Part shown: positions 1-20,567 of the stretch, piece by piece
Layout: every line of letters begins with the position of its first letter
Position numbering within the stretch: position 1 is the stretch's first letter
Assembly: GCA_036394075.1 (NCBI GenBank)
Contig: DASWFT010000105.1
Coordinates: 464-64,463 of the forward strand
Direction of reading: 5' to 3'
Origin: Streptosporangiaceae bacterium
GTDB lineage: Bacteria > Actinomycetota > Actinomycetes > Streptosporangiales > Streptosporangiaceae
DNA: 64,000 nucleotides
Translations under genes and position numbers: made by a program
The notes under the pieces: model-generated
What the model saw: only the letters and a program-made list of their open reading frames with translations
What the model was told of the DNA's origin: nothing
Databases searched by the model: none

Positions 1-564
1 GCGATGCGGAACGCGGGCGCGAAGTCAGCCGCGGCGCCCCGGCGTTCGTCGCTGCTCAGGCCGAACCCGATGACCCCATCGCCCGCGTACCGCGCGGCGA
101 GCCGGGCCAGGGTGCGCGCCTCCAGCGGATGTTTGGTCCGGTTGGACGCGATGATCACGCCGATCCCGACACCGGTCGCCGCGGTGGCCTCACGGGCGGC
201 GCTGAGCACCAGTTCCGCCACGGAGGTCAGGCCGCCAAATTGCGCCGCGTACCCGGACGGGTCCACCTGGATCTCCAGCCAGCCGGACCCCTCGGCGCGC
301 TCGTCCTCAGCCGCCTCGCGCAGCAGCCGCCGGACATCGGCTGGCTGCCTGATGACCGAGCGGGCAATGTCGTAGAGCCGCTGGAACCGGAACCAGCCCC
401 GCTCGTCGGCCGCGCTCAGCTGGGGCGGCCAGGAGTCGGTCAGCGCTTCCGGCAGCTGGAGCCCGCGGCCGGCGGCGAGCTCGACGAGCGTGGTGTGCCG
501 CATCGCGCCGGTGAAGTGCAGGTGCAGGTGCGCTTTGGGGAGCGCAGCGAGCGCCCGTGCCATC
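1..564 (-). CDS. add: adenosine deaminase, N-terminal part (gene runs off the left edge)
   Basis: Not in the ORF track because it leaves the window. Reverse translation from ATG (comp. 562-564) gives MARALAALPKAHLHLHFTGAMRHTTLVELAAGRGL..., with the HxH metal-binding start typical of the adenosine deaminase family. GC3 is high in this frame. An adenosine deaminase next to aspC and secE is as I recall for Streptomyces. Confidence 0.7.
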
Positions 565-626
565 AACTAAACCGTGCCATCCGCCAAGTCTGGCACCCGG
601 CTGTGCCTCCCGCTCGCGCCGCCGGG

Positions 627-1847
<1,221 letters not shown>

Positions 1848-2117
1848 GGTGGCACCACCCGGCCGGGGCTGGGCCGAATAAACCGAGGCGGGCGGGGGTG
1901 CGGCTGGTGGTACCCCTCAGGCGCGCCCGCAGGCCGGCGGGAGGTTACGGGGTTTCTTGGCCTGGCGGTTCGACGGGCGGCTTCTGGCGACATAGACTTC
2001 AGCAACTGGTGGTGGTCCACCCGGTGGCCGCTGTCTGTCAGCATGGGCTGTGGCAGTCGCTAGGCAGTCGTCGTGCGGACCGTCGGCAGGCACTTGCCTG
2101 GCCGGTCACGCAGCCAG

Positions 2118-2191
2118 AGGGCAGTAGCTCAATTGGCCAGAGTCCCGGTCTCCAAAACCGGTGGTTGGGGGTTCGAGTCCCTCCTGCCCTG
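2118..2191 (+). tRNA. tRNA-Trp (anticodon CCA)
   Basis: Acceptor stem AGGGCAG/CTGCCCT, anticodon stem CCGGT/ACCGG with loop CTCCAAA, T-loop GGTTCGAGTCC. It sits in the canonical position just upstream of secE. No encoded CCA. Confidence 0.95.
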
Positions 2192-2265
2192 CGAGTGCGG
2201 TCCGCGGATTTTCGCGGGCCGGTGGTACCAGCCAGTGAACCGATCAGCGTTGTTCAGGTGAGGAC

Positions 2266-2514
2266 ATGGCGACTCAGACGCGTGGTGAGGTCGCGGGACG
2301 GCCTAAGCCCGGCGGCCCGGCGAAGGGCAGCCGGACTACCCCTGCGCTGTTCCTCCGGCAGGTCGTAGCCGAACTGCGCAAGGTGATCTGGCCGACCCGT
2401 AAGGAGCTGGTCACCTACACGACGGTGGCCATGGTGTTCATACTCGTCATGGTTGCGATCGTGACGAGCCTGGACTACGGGTTCACCAAGCTGGTGCTCG
2501 CAGTCTTCGGCTGA
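2266..2514 (+). CDS. secE: preprotein translocase subunit SecE
   Basis: 82 aa with a basic N-terminus, then [12 protein letters not shown] and a single C-terminal TM helix. Conserved tRNA-Trp/secE/nusG synteny. Confidence 0.9.
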   Translation: MATQTRGEVAGRPKPGGPAKGSRTTPALFLRQVVAELRKVIWPTRKELVTYTTVAMVFILVMVAIVTSLDYGFTKLVLAVFG

Positions 2515-2645
2515 CGGCTCCGGGGGGAGCCATAGCCGCAGCGAGGCACGCGGCAAGGCCGGGACCGCGGCAAGATCCGGGGGCCGGCATAGCCAGGAAG
2601 TCCTGGCGCCGGTGCCGCCAGGAAGAGCGGAGAGAAAGAGTTATC

Positions 2646-3542
2646 GTGTCCGAGTTCCAAGTACACGTTGGTGATCAGGCGGCGGATGGACCCGTCACGA
2701 ACGGCCAGGCCGGGGTGAGCCCCAGCCGGCCGGACGACGAGGCCGAGGTTACGGCTGCCCAGTCGGCCGACGCCGCCGTGGCTGACGAGGCTGCTGGTAC
2801 CGGCGACGCTGCTGGTACCGGCGAGGCTGCTGATGCCGACGAGGTGATGGAGGCCGCTGATGCCCAGGCGGCCAGTGATGCCGATGATGCTGGCGGCGTC
2901 GATGAGACCGATGCTGGCGACGCTGGTGAGGCCGACGACGCTGGGGATGCCGAGGAGGAAGCCGACCCCATCGCGGAGTTCAAGGCGGAGCTGCGGTCCC
3001 TGCCCGGCGACTGGTACGTCGTGCACTCCTACGCCGGATACGAGAACCGCGTGCGGACCAACCTGGAGAGCCGGACCCAGTCGCTCAACATGGAGGACTA
3101 CATCTTCCAGATCGAGGTGCCGGTCCACGAGGTGACCGAGATCAAGGGCGGTAAGCGGCAGCAGGTCTCGGAGAAGGTCCTGCCGGGCTACATCCTGGTC
3201 CGGATGGAACTCACGGATGAGTCCTGGGCTGCCGTCCGCAACACGCCGGGCGTCACCGGTTTTGTGGGGCTGTCCAGCAGGCCCTCGCCGCTCAGCCTGG
3301 ACGAGGTGGCCGGGTTGCTCGCGCCGGAGCCCGAGGAGAAGGCGGCCAAGGCCGAGATCATGCGGGCCTCGGTCGAGTTCGAGGTCGGTGAGTCCGTTAC
3401 CGTGATGGACGGCCCGTTCGCCACGCTGCCCGCCACCGTCAACGAGATCAACCCGGACACCCAGAAGCTCAAGGTGCTCGTCTCGATATTCGGCCGGGAG
3501 ACCCCGGTCGAGCTCTCCTTCGATCAGGTCTCGAAGATCTGA
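2646..3542 (+). CDS. nusG: transcription termination/antitermination factor NusG with a long acidic N-terminal extension
   Basis: The C-terminal ~185 aa ([14 protein letters not shown] ... [23 protein letters not shown]) are the NGN plus KOW domains. The first ~110 aa are Asp/Ala/Gly-rich low complexity. GTG start. Confidence 0.93.
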   Translation: MSEFQVHVGDQAADGPVTNGQAGVSPSRPDDEAEVTAAQSADAAVADEAAGTGDAAGTGEAADADEVMEAADAQAASDADDAGGVDETDAGDAGEADDAGDAEEEADPIAEFKAELRSLPGDWYVVHSYAGYENRVRTNLESRTQSLNMEDYIFQIEVPVHEVTEIKGGKRQQVSEKVLPGYILVRMELTDESWAAVRNTPGVTGFVGLSSRPSPLSLDEVAGLLAPEPEEKAAKAEIMRASVEFEVGESVTVMDGPFATLPATVNEINPDTQKLKVLVSIFGRETPVELSFDQVSKI

Positions 3543-3575
3543 TCCGCATCCGTCGTTAGGTAAGGAACAGTACTG

Positions 3576-4010
3576 ATGGCTCCGAGGAAGAAGAAGATCG
3601 CTGCAGTCGTCAAGGTGCAGCTGCAGGCGGGTGCGGCCACCCCGGCCCCGCCGGTGGGCACGGCGCTCGGCCCGCATGGCGTCAACATCATGGACTTCTG
3701 CAGGCAGTACAACGCCGCGACAGAGGCCCAGCGCGGGAACGTCATCCCCGTGGAGATCACCATCTACGAGGACAGGTCGTTCACCTTCGTCACCAAGACG
3801 CCGCCCGCTCCTGAGCTGCTCAAGAAGGCTGCTGGCGTACCCAAGGGCAGCGGGGAGCCGCTCACCACGAAGGTCGGCTCGGTGACCAAGGCGCAGGTCC
3901 GCGAGATCGCGCAGACCAAGATGCCGGACCTGAATGCGACCACGATCGAGGCGGCGGAAAAGATCATCGCAGGGACCGCCCGGTCGATGGGCATCACGGT
4001 CGTCGGCTGA
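3576..4010 (+). CDS. rplK: 50S ribosomal protein L11
   Basis: [37 protein letters not shown]... is a full-length L11. Confidence 0.97.
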   Translation: MAPRKKKIAAVVKVQLQAGAATPAPPVGTALGPHGVNIMDFCRQYNAATEAQRGNVIPVEITIYEDRSFTFVTKTPPAPELLKKAAGVPKGSGEPLTTKVGSVTKAQVREIAQTKMPDLNATTIEAAEKIIAGTARSMGITVVG

Positions 4011-4083
4011 CTCCGCCGACGCCTGACTCCGCTGACGGCTCACCCCGTCGGCGGGCGACCCGCTGACGGCTGACTCCGCCGGC
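4005..4083 (+). repeat. about five tandem 16-nt units seeded on the rplK stop-codon region
   Basis: Units are GGCTGACTCCGCCGAC, GCCTGACTCCGCTGAC, GGCTCACCCCGTCGGC, GGGCGACCCGCTGAC and GGCTGACTCCGCCGGC. The first unit contains the rplK TGA (4008-4010). Confidence 0.8.
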
Positions 4084-4189
4084 GGGCATAAATCGGTCGC
4101 GCGGCACGTTGTCGCCGATCGCATATCAGTGGCAGGGCCAGGCGCTGGTCCGCTGACCACGACCTCCCGTACACGTTTGGAGACTGATC

Positions 4190-4915
4190 ATGAAGCGCAG
4201 CAAGGCTTACCGGCAGGCCGACGAGCAGATCGACCGGGCGCGGCTGTACAGCCCCGCCGAGGCAGTCGGCCTGGCCAGGAAGACCGCAACCACGAAGTTC
4301 GACCCCACCGTCGAGGTCGCGTTGCGCCTTGGCGTGGACCCGCGCAAGGCCGACCAGATGGTCCGCGGCACCGTCCTGCTCCCGCACGGCACCGGCAAGA
4401 CCGCCCGGGTCCTGGTGTTCGCGACTGGAGACCGGGCTGAGGAGGCCCGGGCCGCGGGTGCGGACTATGTCGGCTCGGATGACCTGCTCGAGCGGATCCA
4501 GGGCGGCTTCCTCGATTTCGACGCGGTCGTCGCCACGCCCGACCTGATGGGCAAGGTGGGCCGCCTCGGCCGGGTCCTCGGCCCGCGGGGTCTGATGCCC
4601 AACCCCAAGACCGGTACCGTCACGGCCGATGTCGGCAAGGCGGTCAGCGACATCAAGGGCGGCAAGATCGAATTCCGGGTGGACCGGCACGGGAACCTGC
4701 ATTTCGTGATCGGCAAGGCCTCGTTCCCTGACACAGCGCTGGTGGAGAACTACGCCGCCGCGCTCGATGAGGTGCTCCGGCTCAAGCCGTCGGCGGCCAA
4801 GGGCCGTTACGTCAGGAAGGTCGCGCTGACCACGACCATGGGCCCGAGCATCCCCGTCGATCCCGCGAAGACGCGCGGGCTGATCGATGACCTCGAAGAA
4901 GCCGCAGCGAGCTGA
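4190..4915 (+). CDS. rplA: 50S ribosomal protein L1
   Basis: 241-aa ORF with clear L1 sequence ([12 protein letters not shown]...[21 protein letters not shown]). Confidence 0.97.
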   Translation: MKRSKAYRQADEQIDRARLYSPAEAVGLARKTATTKFDPTVEVALRLGVDPRKADQMVRGTVLLPHGTGKTARVLVFATGDRAEEARAAGADYVGSDDLLERIQGGFLDFDAVVATPDLMGKVGRLGRVLGPRGLMPNPKTGTVTADVGKAVSDIKGGKIEFRVDRHGNLHFVIGKASFPDTALVENYAAALDEVLRLKPSAAKGRYVRKVALTTTMGPSIPVDPAKTRGLIDDLEEAAAS

Positions 4916-4995
4916 CTTGAGGGCCCGGGCGCGGGCGGGCCGCCGGTTACGGGGCGGTCGGCCCGTTGGCCGCAGTATGCGGCCGCTGAATTGAT

Positions 4996-5024
4996 TTGGT
5001 GGTCCGCGGCCGGGCGCGTACTCT
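4996..5024 (+). promoter_or_regulatory. candidate sigma-A promoter of rplJL (TTGGTG-N17-TACTCT)
   Basis: Hexamers at 4996-5001 and 5019-5024 with a 17-nt spacer. The same TACTCT -10 appears in the rpsL candidate promoter. Sequence match only. Confidence 0.35.
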
Positions 5025-5274
5025 GAAGGCCTGCCAAAGACCGTCGGCTGTTGTTACGTGCCCACGTGATGACCGAAGGACCCGCGAGAGCGGGCGGCCC
5101 ACGCAGGTGACCGAGCTGAATCGCTACGCCTGGTCCGCTTCCGGACCGGGTAGCGCTAAACGCCCTGGTGCCCTGCGCCGGGGCGTTCGCATTCCTGGGT
5201 GCCCTTGTGCCGACGCCGGACGTCTCCGGCCAGGCCCCTGCTCAGGGGAGGGTCGCGGACCAGGAAGGAGGCCC
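5025..5274 (+). promoter_or_regulatory. long structured 5' leader of rplJ (candidate L10 autoregulatory leader)
   Basis: About 250 nt of non-coding, hairpin-rich sequence lie between the candidate promoter and the rplJ SD (GGAAGGAGG at 5264-5272). L10(L12)4-binding leaders are known upstream of rplJ. No covariance-model search was possible here. Confidence 0.35.
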
Positions 5275-5952
5275 ATGGCGAGGGCGGAGAAGGTGGCCGC
5301 GGTCGCCGAGCTCACCGAGCGTTTCCAGACCTCGGCGGGCGCGGTGCTGACCGAGTACCGCGGCCTGACGGTGGCGCAGCTGGCTGAGTTGCGCGGATCC
5401 CTCGGCGAGCACACCACGTTCACCGTGGTGAAGAACACGCTGACGAAGATCGCTGCCAGCGAGGCGGGCGTCGCCGAGCAACTGGACGGGCTGCTCAGCG
5501 GCCCGTCGGCGGTCGCCTTCGTTGAGGGCGACGTGGTCGAGGCGGCCAAGGGGCTGCGTGACTTCTCGAAGGCCAACCCATTTCTCGTGATCAAGGGCGG
5601 GGTCCTTGACGGGAAGGCGATCACGCCGGCGGAGATCAACAAGCTCGCCGATCTCGAGTCGCGTGAGGTGCTGCTGGCCCGGCTGGCCGGCGCCATGAAG
5701 GCGTCGATGTCGGGCGCCGCGGCCGTGTTCGTCGCGCTGCCGACCCAGATGGCGCAGCTCGTCGAGGCGCTGCGGGTCAAGCGGGCCGCCGAGGATGGCG
5801 CCGGGTCGGCGGCCGAGGATGGCGCCGCCGCCGAGGATGGCGCCGGGTCCGCTGCCGGGGAAGGCGCCGATGGTGCCGCCGGGGATGCGGCAGGCGTGGC
5901 TGATGGTGGAACCGAGAGCGCGGCCGACAGTGCCAGCGCTCCCGTGGCATAG
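5275..5952 (+). CDS. rplJ: 50S ribosomal protein L10 with a low-complexity C-terminal tail
   Basis: Start chosen at ATG 5275 ([18 protein letters not shown]...) behind a strong SD. The track ORF from 4996 is an upstream in-frame extension. The tail carries [26 protein letters not shown] repeats. Confidence 0.93.
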   Translation: MARAEKVAAVAELTERFQTSAGAVLTEYRGLTVAQLAELRGSLGEHTTFTVVKNTLTKIAASEAGVAEQLDGLLSGPSAVAFVEGDVVEAAKGLRDFSKANPFLVIKGGVLDGKAITPAEINKLADLESREVLLARLAGAMKASMSGAAAVFVALPTQMAQLVEALRVKRAAEDGAGSAAEDGAAAEDGAGSAAGEGADGAAGDAAGVADGGTESAADSASAPVA

Positions 5953-6001
5953 CCCCCAGGGCAATCAGGAATGAAGGAACCAGGAAGAGGATCTCAGCAC
6001 C

Positions 6002-6391
6002 ATGGCGAAGCTCAGTAGCGACGACCTGCTCGACGCGTTCAAGGAGATGACCCTCCTCGAGCTCTCGGAGTTCGTGAAGCAGTTCGAGGAGACGTTCGAC
6101 GTCAAGGCCGCCGCGCCGGTCGCGGTCGCTGCGGCCGCCCCGGCCGGAGCCGGCGGCGGCGAGGCGGAGGTCGAGGAGAAGGACGAGTTCGACGTCATCC
6201 TTGAGGCGGCGGGCGAGAAGAAGATTCAGGTCATCAAGGAGGTCAGGAGCCTGACCAGCCTGGGCCTGAAGGAGGCTAAGGACCTGGTGGACGGTGCGCC
6301 CAAGCCGGTCCTTGAGCGGGTCAACAAGGAGGCCTCGGACAAGGCCAAGGCCGCCCTGGAGGGCGCCGGCGCCACCGTAACGGTTAAGTAG
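6002..6391 (+). CDS. rplL: 50S ribosomal protein L7/L12
   Basis: 129 aa: [30 protein letters not shown]...[16 protein letters not shown]. Confidence 0.97.
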   Translation: MAKLSSDDLLDAFKEMTLLELSEFVKQFEETFDVKAAAPVAVAAAAPAGAGGGEAEVEEKDEFDVILEAAGEKKIQVIKEVRSLTSLGLKEAKDLVDGAPKPVLERVNKEASDKAKAALEGAGATVTVK

Positions 6392-6409
6392 CCGATCCCC
6401 GAACGCAGC

Positions 6410-6446
6410 GTGTGCCGGGCCGGCCCGTCGGGCCGGCCCGGCACAC
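6410..6446 (+). terminator. perfect 17-bp GC hairpin after rplL (attenuator/terminator before rpoB)
   Basis: GTGTGCCGGGCCGGCCC-gtc-GGGCCGGCCCGGCACAC, 19 nt after the rplL stop. There is no U-tract, which I understand is common for actinobacterial terminators. Confidence 0.65.
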
Positions 6447-6648
6447 GACCGTGCGCGAGTATGGTTCGCACTCGGAATAATCAGGGGTAAACATTAGTTC
6501 CTACCCGGGAGAAGCATCTCCTACACATAGAGTCGAATGTGGCGTTCGTCACGCCACTCAGATCGCCGGACCACGCTGCGTGGGCTTGACGTTTTGCCTA
6601 GAACGAGCAATGCTGCGGAGCAACCGTGAACCTCATAGTGAGATACAG

Positions 6649-6678
6649 TTGACGAGTGGTGTAGCCATCGGCTATGCT
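6649..6678 (+). promoter_or_regulatory. candidate sigma-A promoter of rpoBC (TTGACG-N18-TATGCT)
   Basis: Hexamers at 6649-6654 and 6673-6678. A second, weaker TTGACG lies at 6586-6591. Sequence match only. Confidence 0.4.
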
Positions 6679-6793
6679 GCTAATTTGCGCTGCACTCTGA
6701 CGTCCTCGGCATCCTCGAACCCCTTGCGGCGTGTCCGCGGGCGTTTCGCGTGCGTGCGGTGATAGTTCGGCCACAAGCTCGGAAGGACCCCTG

Positions 6794-10261
<3,468 letters not shown>

Positions 10262-10338
10262 GCGAGCGGGTAGCACGTGCCAACAGCATGGTGCTACCAG
10301 GCCGCCCATAGTCGGATCTACCTCAGGGGATAACACAA

Positions 10339-14211
<3,873 letters not shown>

Positions 14212-14226
14212 CAACTGCGCACCAAA

Positions 14227-14265
14227 GCGAGGCGCCCGGCCGCGATGCGGCCGGGCGCCTTTCGC
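14227..14265 (+). terminator. rho-independent-type terminator after rpoC
   Basis: AGGCGCCCGGCCGC-gat-GCGGCCGGGCGCCT (14 bp perfect) extended by GCGA/TCGC and followed by TT. Confidence 0.7.
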
Positions 14266-14419
14266 TGCGCGGAATATCCCGCACTCTGCTGCCGTTGTGC
14301 AAGCTGGCGGTGAGAGGGCAGCGGCGCTTGCCCGGCTGACCGCCTGGGCAGTGAATTGGTGCGCTGGCCGGGAAAAGCGGCTTCCGTTTGTCCCTCCGGC
14401 GTGATGATCGCTGTTCGCT

Positions 14420-14448
14420 TTGCCTGCGGGCAAAACGTTGGGTACTCT
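14420..14448 (+). promoter_or_regulatory. candidate sigma-A promoter of the rpsL operon (TTGCCT-N17-TACTCT)
   Basis: Hexamers at 14420-14425 and 14443-14448. This would give a ~330-nt leader. Sequence match only. Confidence 0.4.
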
Positions 14449-14670
14449 AGGGCATCGTGCCCGTGACACGCGGGCACGCGCGCGCTAGCGGGCGGCGGGC
14501 TCCATGGCCGGAAGGCCGGGAGCGGCGAACGGCCACGCGCGCGGAGCCTTTCCCACTCTTGCCGTTCGGACCCTTACGGGCCGGTGTGCCGTGGTGACTG
14601 CGACACACCCGACCTCGGGGGTCGGAGAGGCGAGGAAACCTGCAGGTCAGGCGCTTGCATAGCGCCCTGA

Positions 14671-14750
14671 ACCGGCATGAAGAGCAGTACCGGCTTGAGA
14701 ACTTGAACAGCAGTACCGGCATGAAGAGCAGTACCGGCGGAGCAGTAGAC
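14671..14750 (+). repeat. repeated AGCAGTACCGGC motif in the rpsL leader
   Basis: ACCGGCATGAAGAGCAGTACCGGC occurs twice (14671-14694 and 14715-14738). GCAGTACCGGC occurs three times, plus a degenerate GCAGTAGAC. Confidence 0.8.
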
Positions 14751-14787
14751 GTCGCGCTGAAGGCGCGCTAATGAAGACGGAGACGCG

Positions 14788-15162
14788 GTGCCCACGATCC
14801 AGCAGCTGGTCCGGAAGGGCCGCCAGGACAAGGTAGCCAAGAACAACACCCCTGCGCTCAAGGGCAGCCCGCAGCGCCGGGGGGTCTGCACGCGCGTCTA
14901 CACGACCACCCCGAAGAAGCCCAATTCCGCGCTGCGCAAGGTCGCCCGCGTCCGGTTGACCAGCCAGATCGAGGTCACCGCCTACATTCCGGGCGTCGGC
15001 CACAATCTGCAGGAGCACTCCATCGTGCTGGTCCGCGGCGGCCGGGTGCGGGACCTCCCCGGAGTACGTTACAAGATCATCCGGGGTTCCCTCGACACCC
15101 AGGGCGTCCGCAACCGCAAGCAGGCGCGCAGTCGTTACGGCGCGAAGAAGGAGAAGAGCTGA
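14788..15162 (+). CDS. rpsL: 30S ribosomal protein S12
   Basis: [16 protein letters not shown]...[14 protein letters not shown]...; GTG start. Confidence 0.98.
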   Translation: MPTIQQLVRKGRQDKVAKNNTPALKGSPQRRGVCTRVYTTTPKKPNSALRKVARVRLTSQIEVTAYIPGVGHNLQEHSIVLVRGGRVRDLPGVRYKIIRGSLDTQGVRNRKQARSRYGAKKEKS

Positions 15163-15163
15163 C

Positions 15164-15634
15164 ATGCCGCGCAAGGGCCCCGCGACCAAACGGCAGCTCG
15201 TCACCGATCCTGTCTACGGCTCGCCGCTGGTGACCGCTCTGGTCAACAAGGTGCTGCGGAGCGGAAAGCGCTCCCTGGCCGAGCGGATCGTATACGGCGC
15301 GCTTGAGGGAGCCAAGGAGAAGACGGGCAACGACCCGGTGGTGACGCTCAAGCGTGCCCTGGACAACGTGAAGCCGACCCTGGAGGTCCGCCCCCGCCGC
15401 GTCGGCGGCGCGACCTACCAGGTCCCGGTCGAGGTGCGCGCCTCCCGCAGCACCACCCTGGCGCTGCGCTGGCTCGTCAACTACTCCCGCCAGCGCCGCG
15501 AGAAGACGATGACCGAGCGGCTCATGAACGAGCTGCTCGACGCGAGCAACGGCCTCGGGGCGAGCGTGAAGCGCCGCGAGGACACACACAAGATGGCCGA
15601 GTCGAACAAGGCGTTCGCCCACTACCGCTGGTAG
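15164..15634 (+). CDS. rpsG: 30S ribosomal protein S7
   Basis: 156 aa with clear S7 sequence, 1 nt after the rpsL stop. Confidence 0.98.
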   Translation: MPRKGPATKRQLVTDPVYGSPLVTALVNKVLRSGKRSLAERIVYGALEGAKEKTGNDPVVTLKRALDNVKPTLEVRPRRVGGATYQVPVEVRASRSTTLALRWLVNYSRQRREKTMTERLMNELLDASNGLGASVKRREDTHKMAESNKAFAHYRW

Positions 15635-15724
15635 CTAGGGACGGATGCCCCAGCATGACAAGGCCCCTACATATACATAACGAATAGCCGCAAGGCACTG
15701 AAGATCAGCGAAGGAAACGAAGCA

Positions 15725-17821
<2,097 letters not shown>

Positions 17822-17913
17822 GCCCTAAGAAAACATGTCAGGAACACGGCGCACCGATGAAGCGCCTGGCCCCACCACATGGTGGGGAAGATCGCAACGA
17901 GGAGTGAAAACCA

Positions 17914-19107
<1,194 letters not shown>

Positions 19108-19111
19108 TAGG

Positions 19112-19141
19112 GATGCGGGGGGCCCCAGGGCCCCCCGCATC
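19112..19141 (+). terminator. GC hairpin after tuf
   Basis: GATGCGGGGGGCCC..GGGCCCCCCGCATC, 14-nt complementary arms starting 5 nt after the tuf stop. Confidence 0.6.
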
Positions 19142-19215
19142 ACTGCGAGTCAGCAAGCGCCTCGCGGCACACGCGGAAGCGACAGAAGCGAAAAGCGAAG
19201 GACACGGGAAGCCAC

Positions 19216-19524
19216 ATGGCGGGACAGAAGATCCGCATCCGGCTCAAGGCCTATGACCACGAGGTCATTGACAGCTCGGCGCGGAAGATAGTTGACACGG
19301 TGACGCGCACCGGCGCGCGGGTTGCCGGGCCCGTCCCGCTGCCCACGGAGAAGAACGTGTACTGCGTCATCCGCTCGCCGCACAAGTACAAGGACTCGCG
19401 CGAGCACTTCGAGATGCGCACGCACAAGCGCCTGATCGACATCATCGACCCCACGCCGAAGACCGTCGACTCGCTGATGCGGCTGGACCTGCCCGCAGGC
19501 GTCGACATCGAGATCAAGCTCTGA
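19216..19524 (+). CDS. rpsJ: 30S ribosomal protein S10
   Basis: 102 aa: [26 protein letters not shown]... Confidence 0.98.
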   Translation: MAGQKIRIRLKAYDHEVIDSSARKIVDTVTRTGARVAGPVPLPTEKNVYCVIRSPHKYKDSREHFEMRTHKRLIDIIDPTPKTVDSLMRLDLPAGVDIEIKL

Positions 19525-19699
19525 GGGACCGCACTGAAATGAGTCAGCTCTTCCAATCTCAGACTGGCCTCGAATGCCGCAGGCGCCGGGCCGAACGCCG
19601 CTTTGCGGCGCCCGGGCACCGAGGACCCGCCTCCCGCCCTGCGTTCTCGCGCGCCTCCGGCGCGACCATGCGAAGCGCCCGCGAGGGAGGCCAGGAGAT
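19525..19699 (+). repeat. repeat-bearing rpsJ-rplC spacer (copy R1)
   Basis: Shares with 20363-20567 an identical 27-mer TGCCGCAGGCGCCGGGCCGAACGCCGC (19575-19601), a GAGGACCCGCCTCCCGC block, and a 3' module GCGCGCCTCCGGCGCGACCATGCGAAGCGCCCGCGAGGGAGGC (19649-19691) that carries the rplC SD. Confidence 0.85.
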
Positions 19700-20362
19700 A
19701 TGACCAAGCAGATCAAGGGCGTGCTGGGCACGAAGCTCGGCATGACCCAGGTCTTCAGCGACGACGGCAGGATCGTGCCGGTCACCGTCGTCGAGGCCGG
19801 CCCCTGCGTCGTAACCGCCGTGCGCACGCCGGGCTCGGACGGGTATGCGGCCGTGCAGTTCGGCTACGGGGAGATCGACCCGCGCAAGGTGACCAAGCCA
19901 GTCGCGGGCCACTTCGCCAAGGCCGGCGTGACACCCCGCAGGTACCTGGTGGAGCTGCGGACCGATGACGCCACGGACTACACGCTCGGCCAGGAGGTCA
20001 CCGCCGAGACGTTCGGCGCGGGCGAACTGGTGGACGTGACCGGTAAAAGCAAGGGCAAGGGCTTCGCCGGCGTGATGAAGCGGCACGGCTTCAAGGGCCT
20101 GTCCGCCTCACACGGCACCCAGCGCAAGCACCGGTCGCCGGGCTCCATTGGCGGGTGCGCCACCCCGGGCCGCGTGTTCAAGGGTGTGCGTATGGCCGGC
20201 CGGATGGGTGGCGTCCGTACCACCGCCCCGAACCTCACGGTGCACGCGGTCGACGCCGAGCGCGGCCTGCTGCTGATCCGCGGCGCCGTGCCGGGTCCCC
20301 GCGGCGCGCTTGTCTTCGTCCGCAGCGCCGTCAAGACGCCCGCCCCGAGGGAGGCCAGGTGA
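19700..20362 (+). CDS. rplC: 50S ribosomal protein L3
   Basis: Start at ATG 19700 ([19 protein letters not shown]) after the GAGGGAGG SD. The track ORF from 19574 reads through the repeat. Confidence 0.95.
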   Translation: MTKQIKGVLGTKLGMTQVFSDDGRIVPVTVVEAGPCVVTAVRTPGSDGYAAVQFGYGEIDPRKVTKPVAGHFAKAGVTPRRYLVELRTDDATDYTLGQEVTAETFGAGELVDVTGKSKGKGFAGVMKRHGFKGLSASHGTQRKHRSPGSIGGCATPGRVFKGVRMAGRMGGVRTTAPNLTVHAVDAERGLLLIRGAVPGPRGALVFVRSAVKTPAPREAR

Positions 20363-20567
20363 GACTCCCACTGTCAGCCTCCGGCTGCTCACCCGTGGTG
20401 CCGCAGGCGCCGGGCCGAACGCCGCATAGTGCTGGCCTGCGTGCCTCCGGCACGACGCACCGCCAGGGCCGTTGCGGTGTCCCGGCGGCGAGGACCCGCC
20501 TTCCCGCGCTGCTGTTTTGCGCGCCTCCGGCACGACCAAGCGAAGCGCCCGCGAGGGAGGCAGAAAA
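20363..20567 (+). repeat. repeat-bearing rplC-rplD spacer (copy R2, with internal partial duplication)
   Basis: Same 27-mer at 20399-20425. It also has GAGGACCCGCCTTCCCGC, a 3' module at 20519-20561 carrying the rplD SD, and an extra partial module GCGTGCCTCCGGCACGAC at 20439-20456. Confidence 0.85.

Noticed and set aside
4996-5274. In-frame upstream extensions of rplJ (4996), rpsH (26381), map (31363), rpsM (34244), truA (37097), tsaD (54915) and the sigma ORF (58835)
   Set aside because: The conserved protein N-termini with good SD sequences lie downstream. The extensions cross other genes or low-GC3 leader sequence.
19574-19699. In-frame N-terminal extensions of rplC (from 19574) and rplD (from 20472) suggested by the ORF track
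   Set aside because: The extensions read through the shared spacer repeat in two different frames. The canonical L3 and L4 N-termini start at ATGs preceded by GAGGGAGG.
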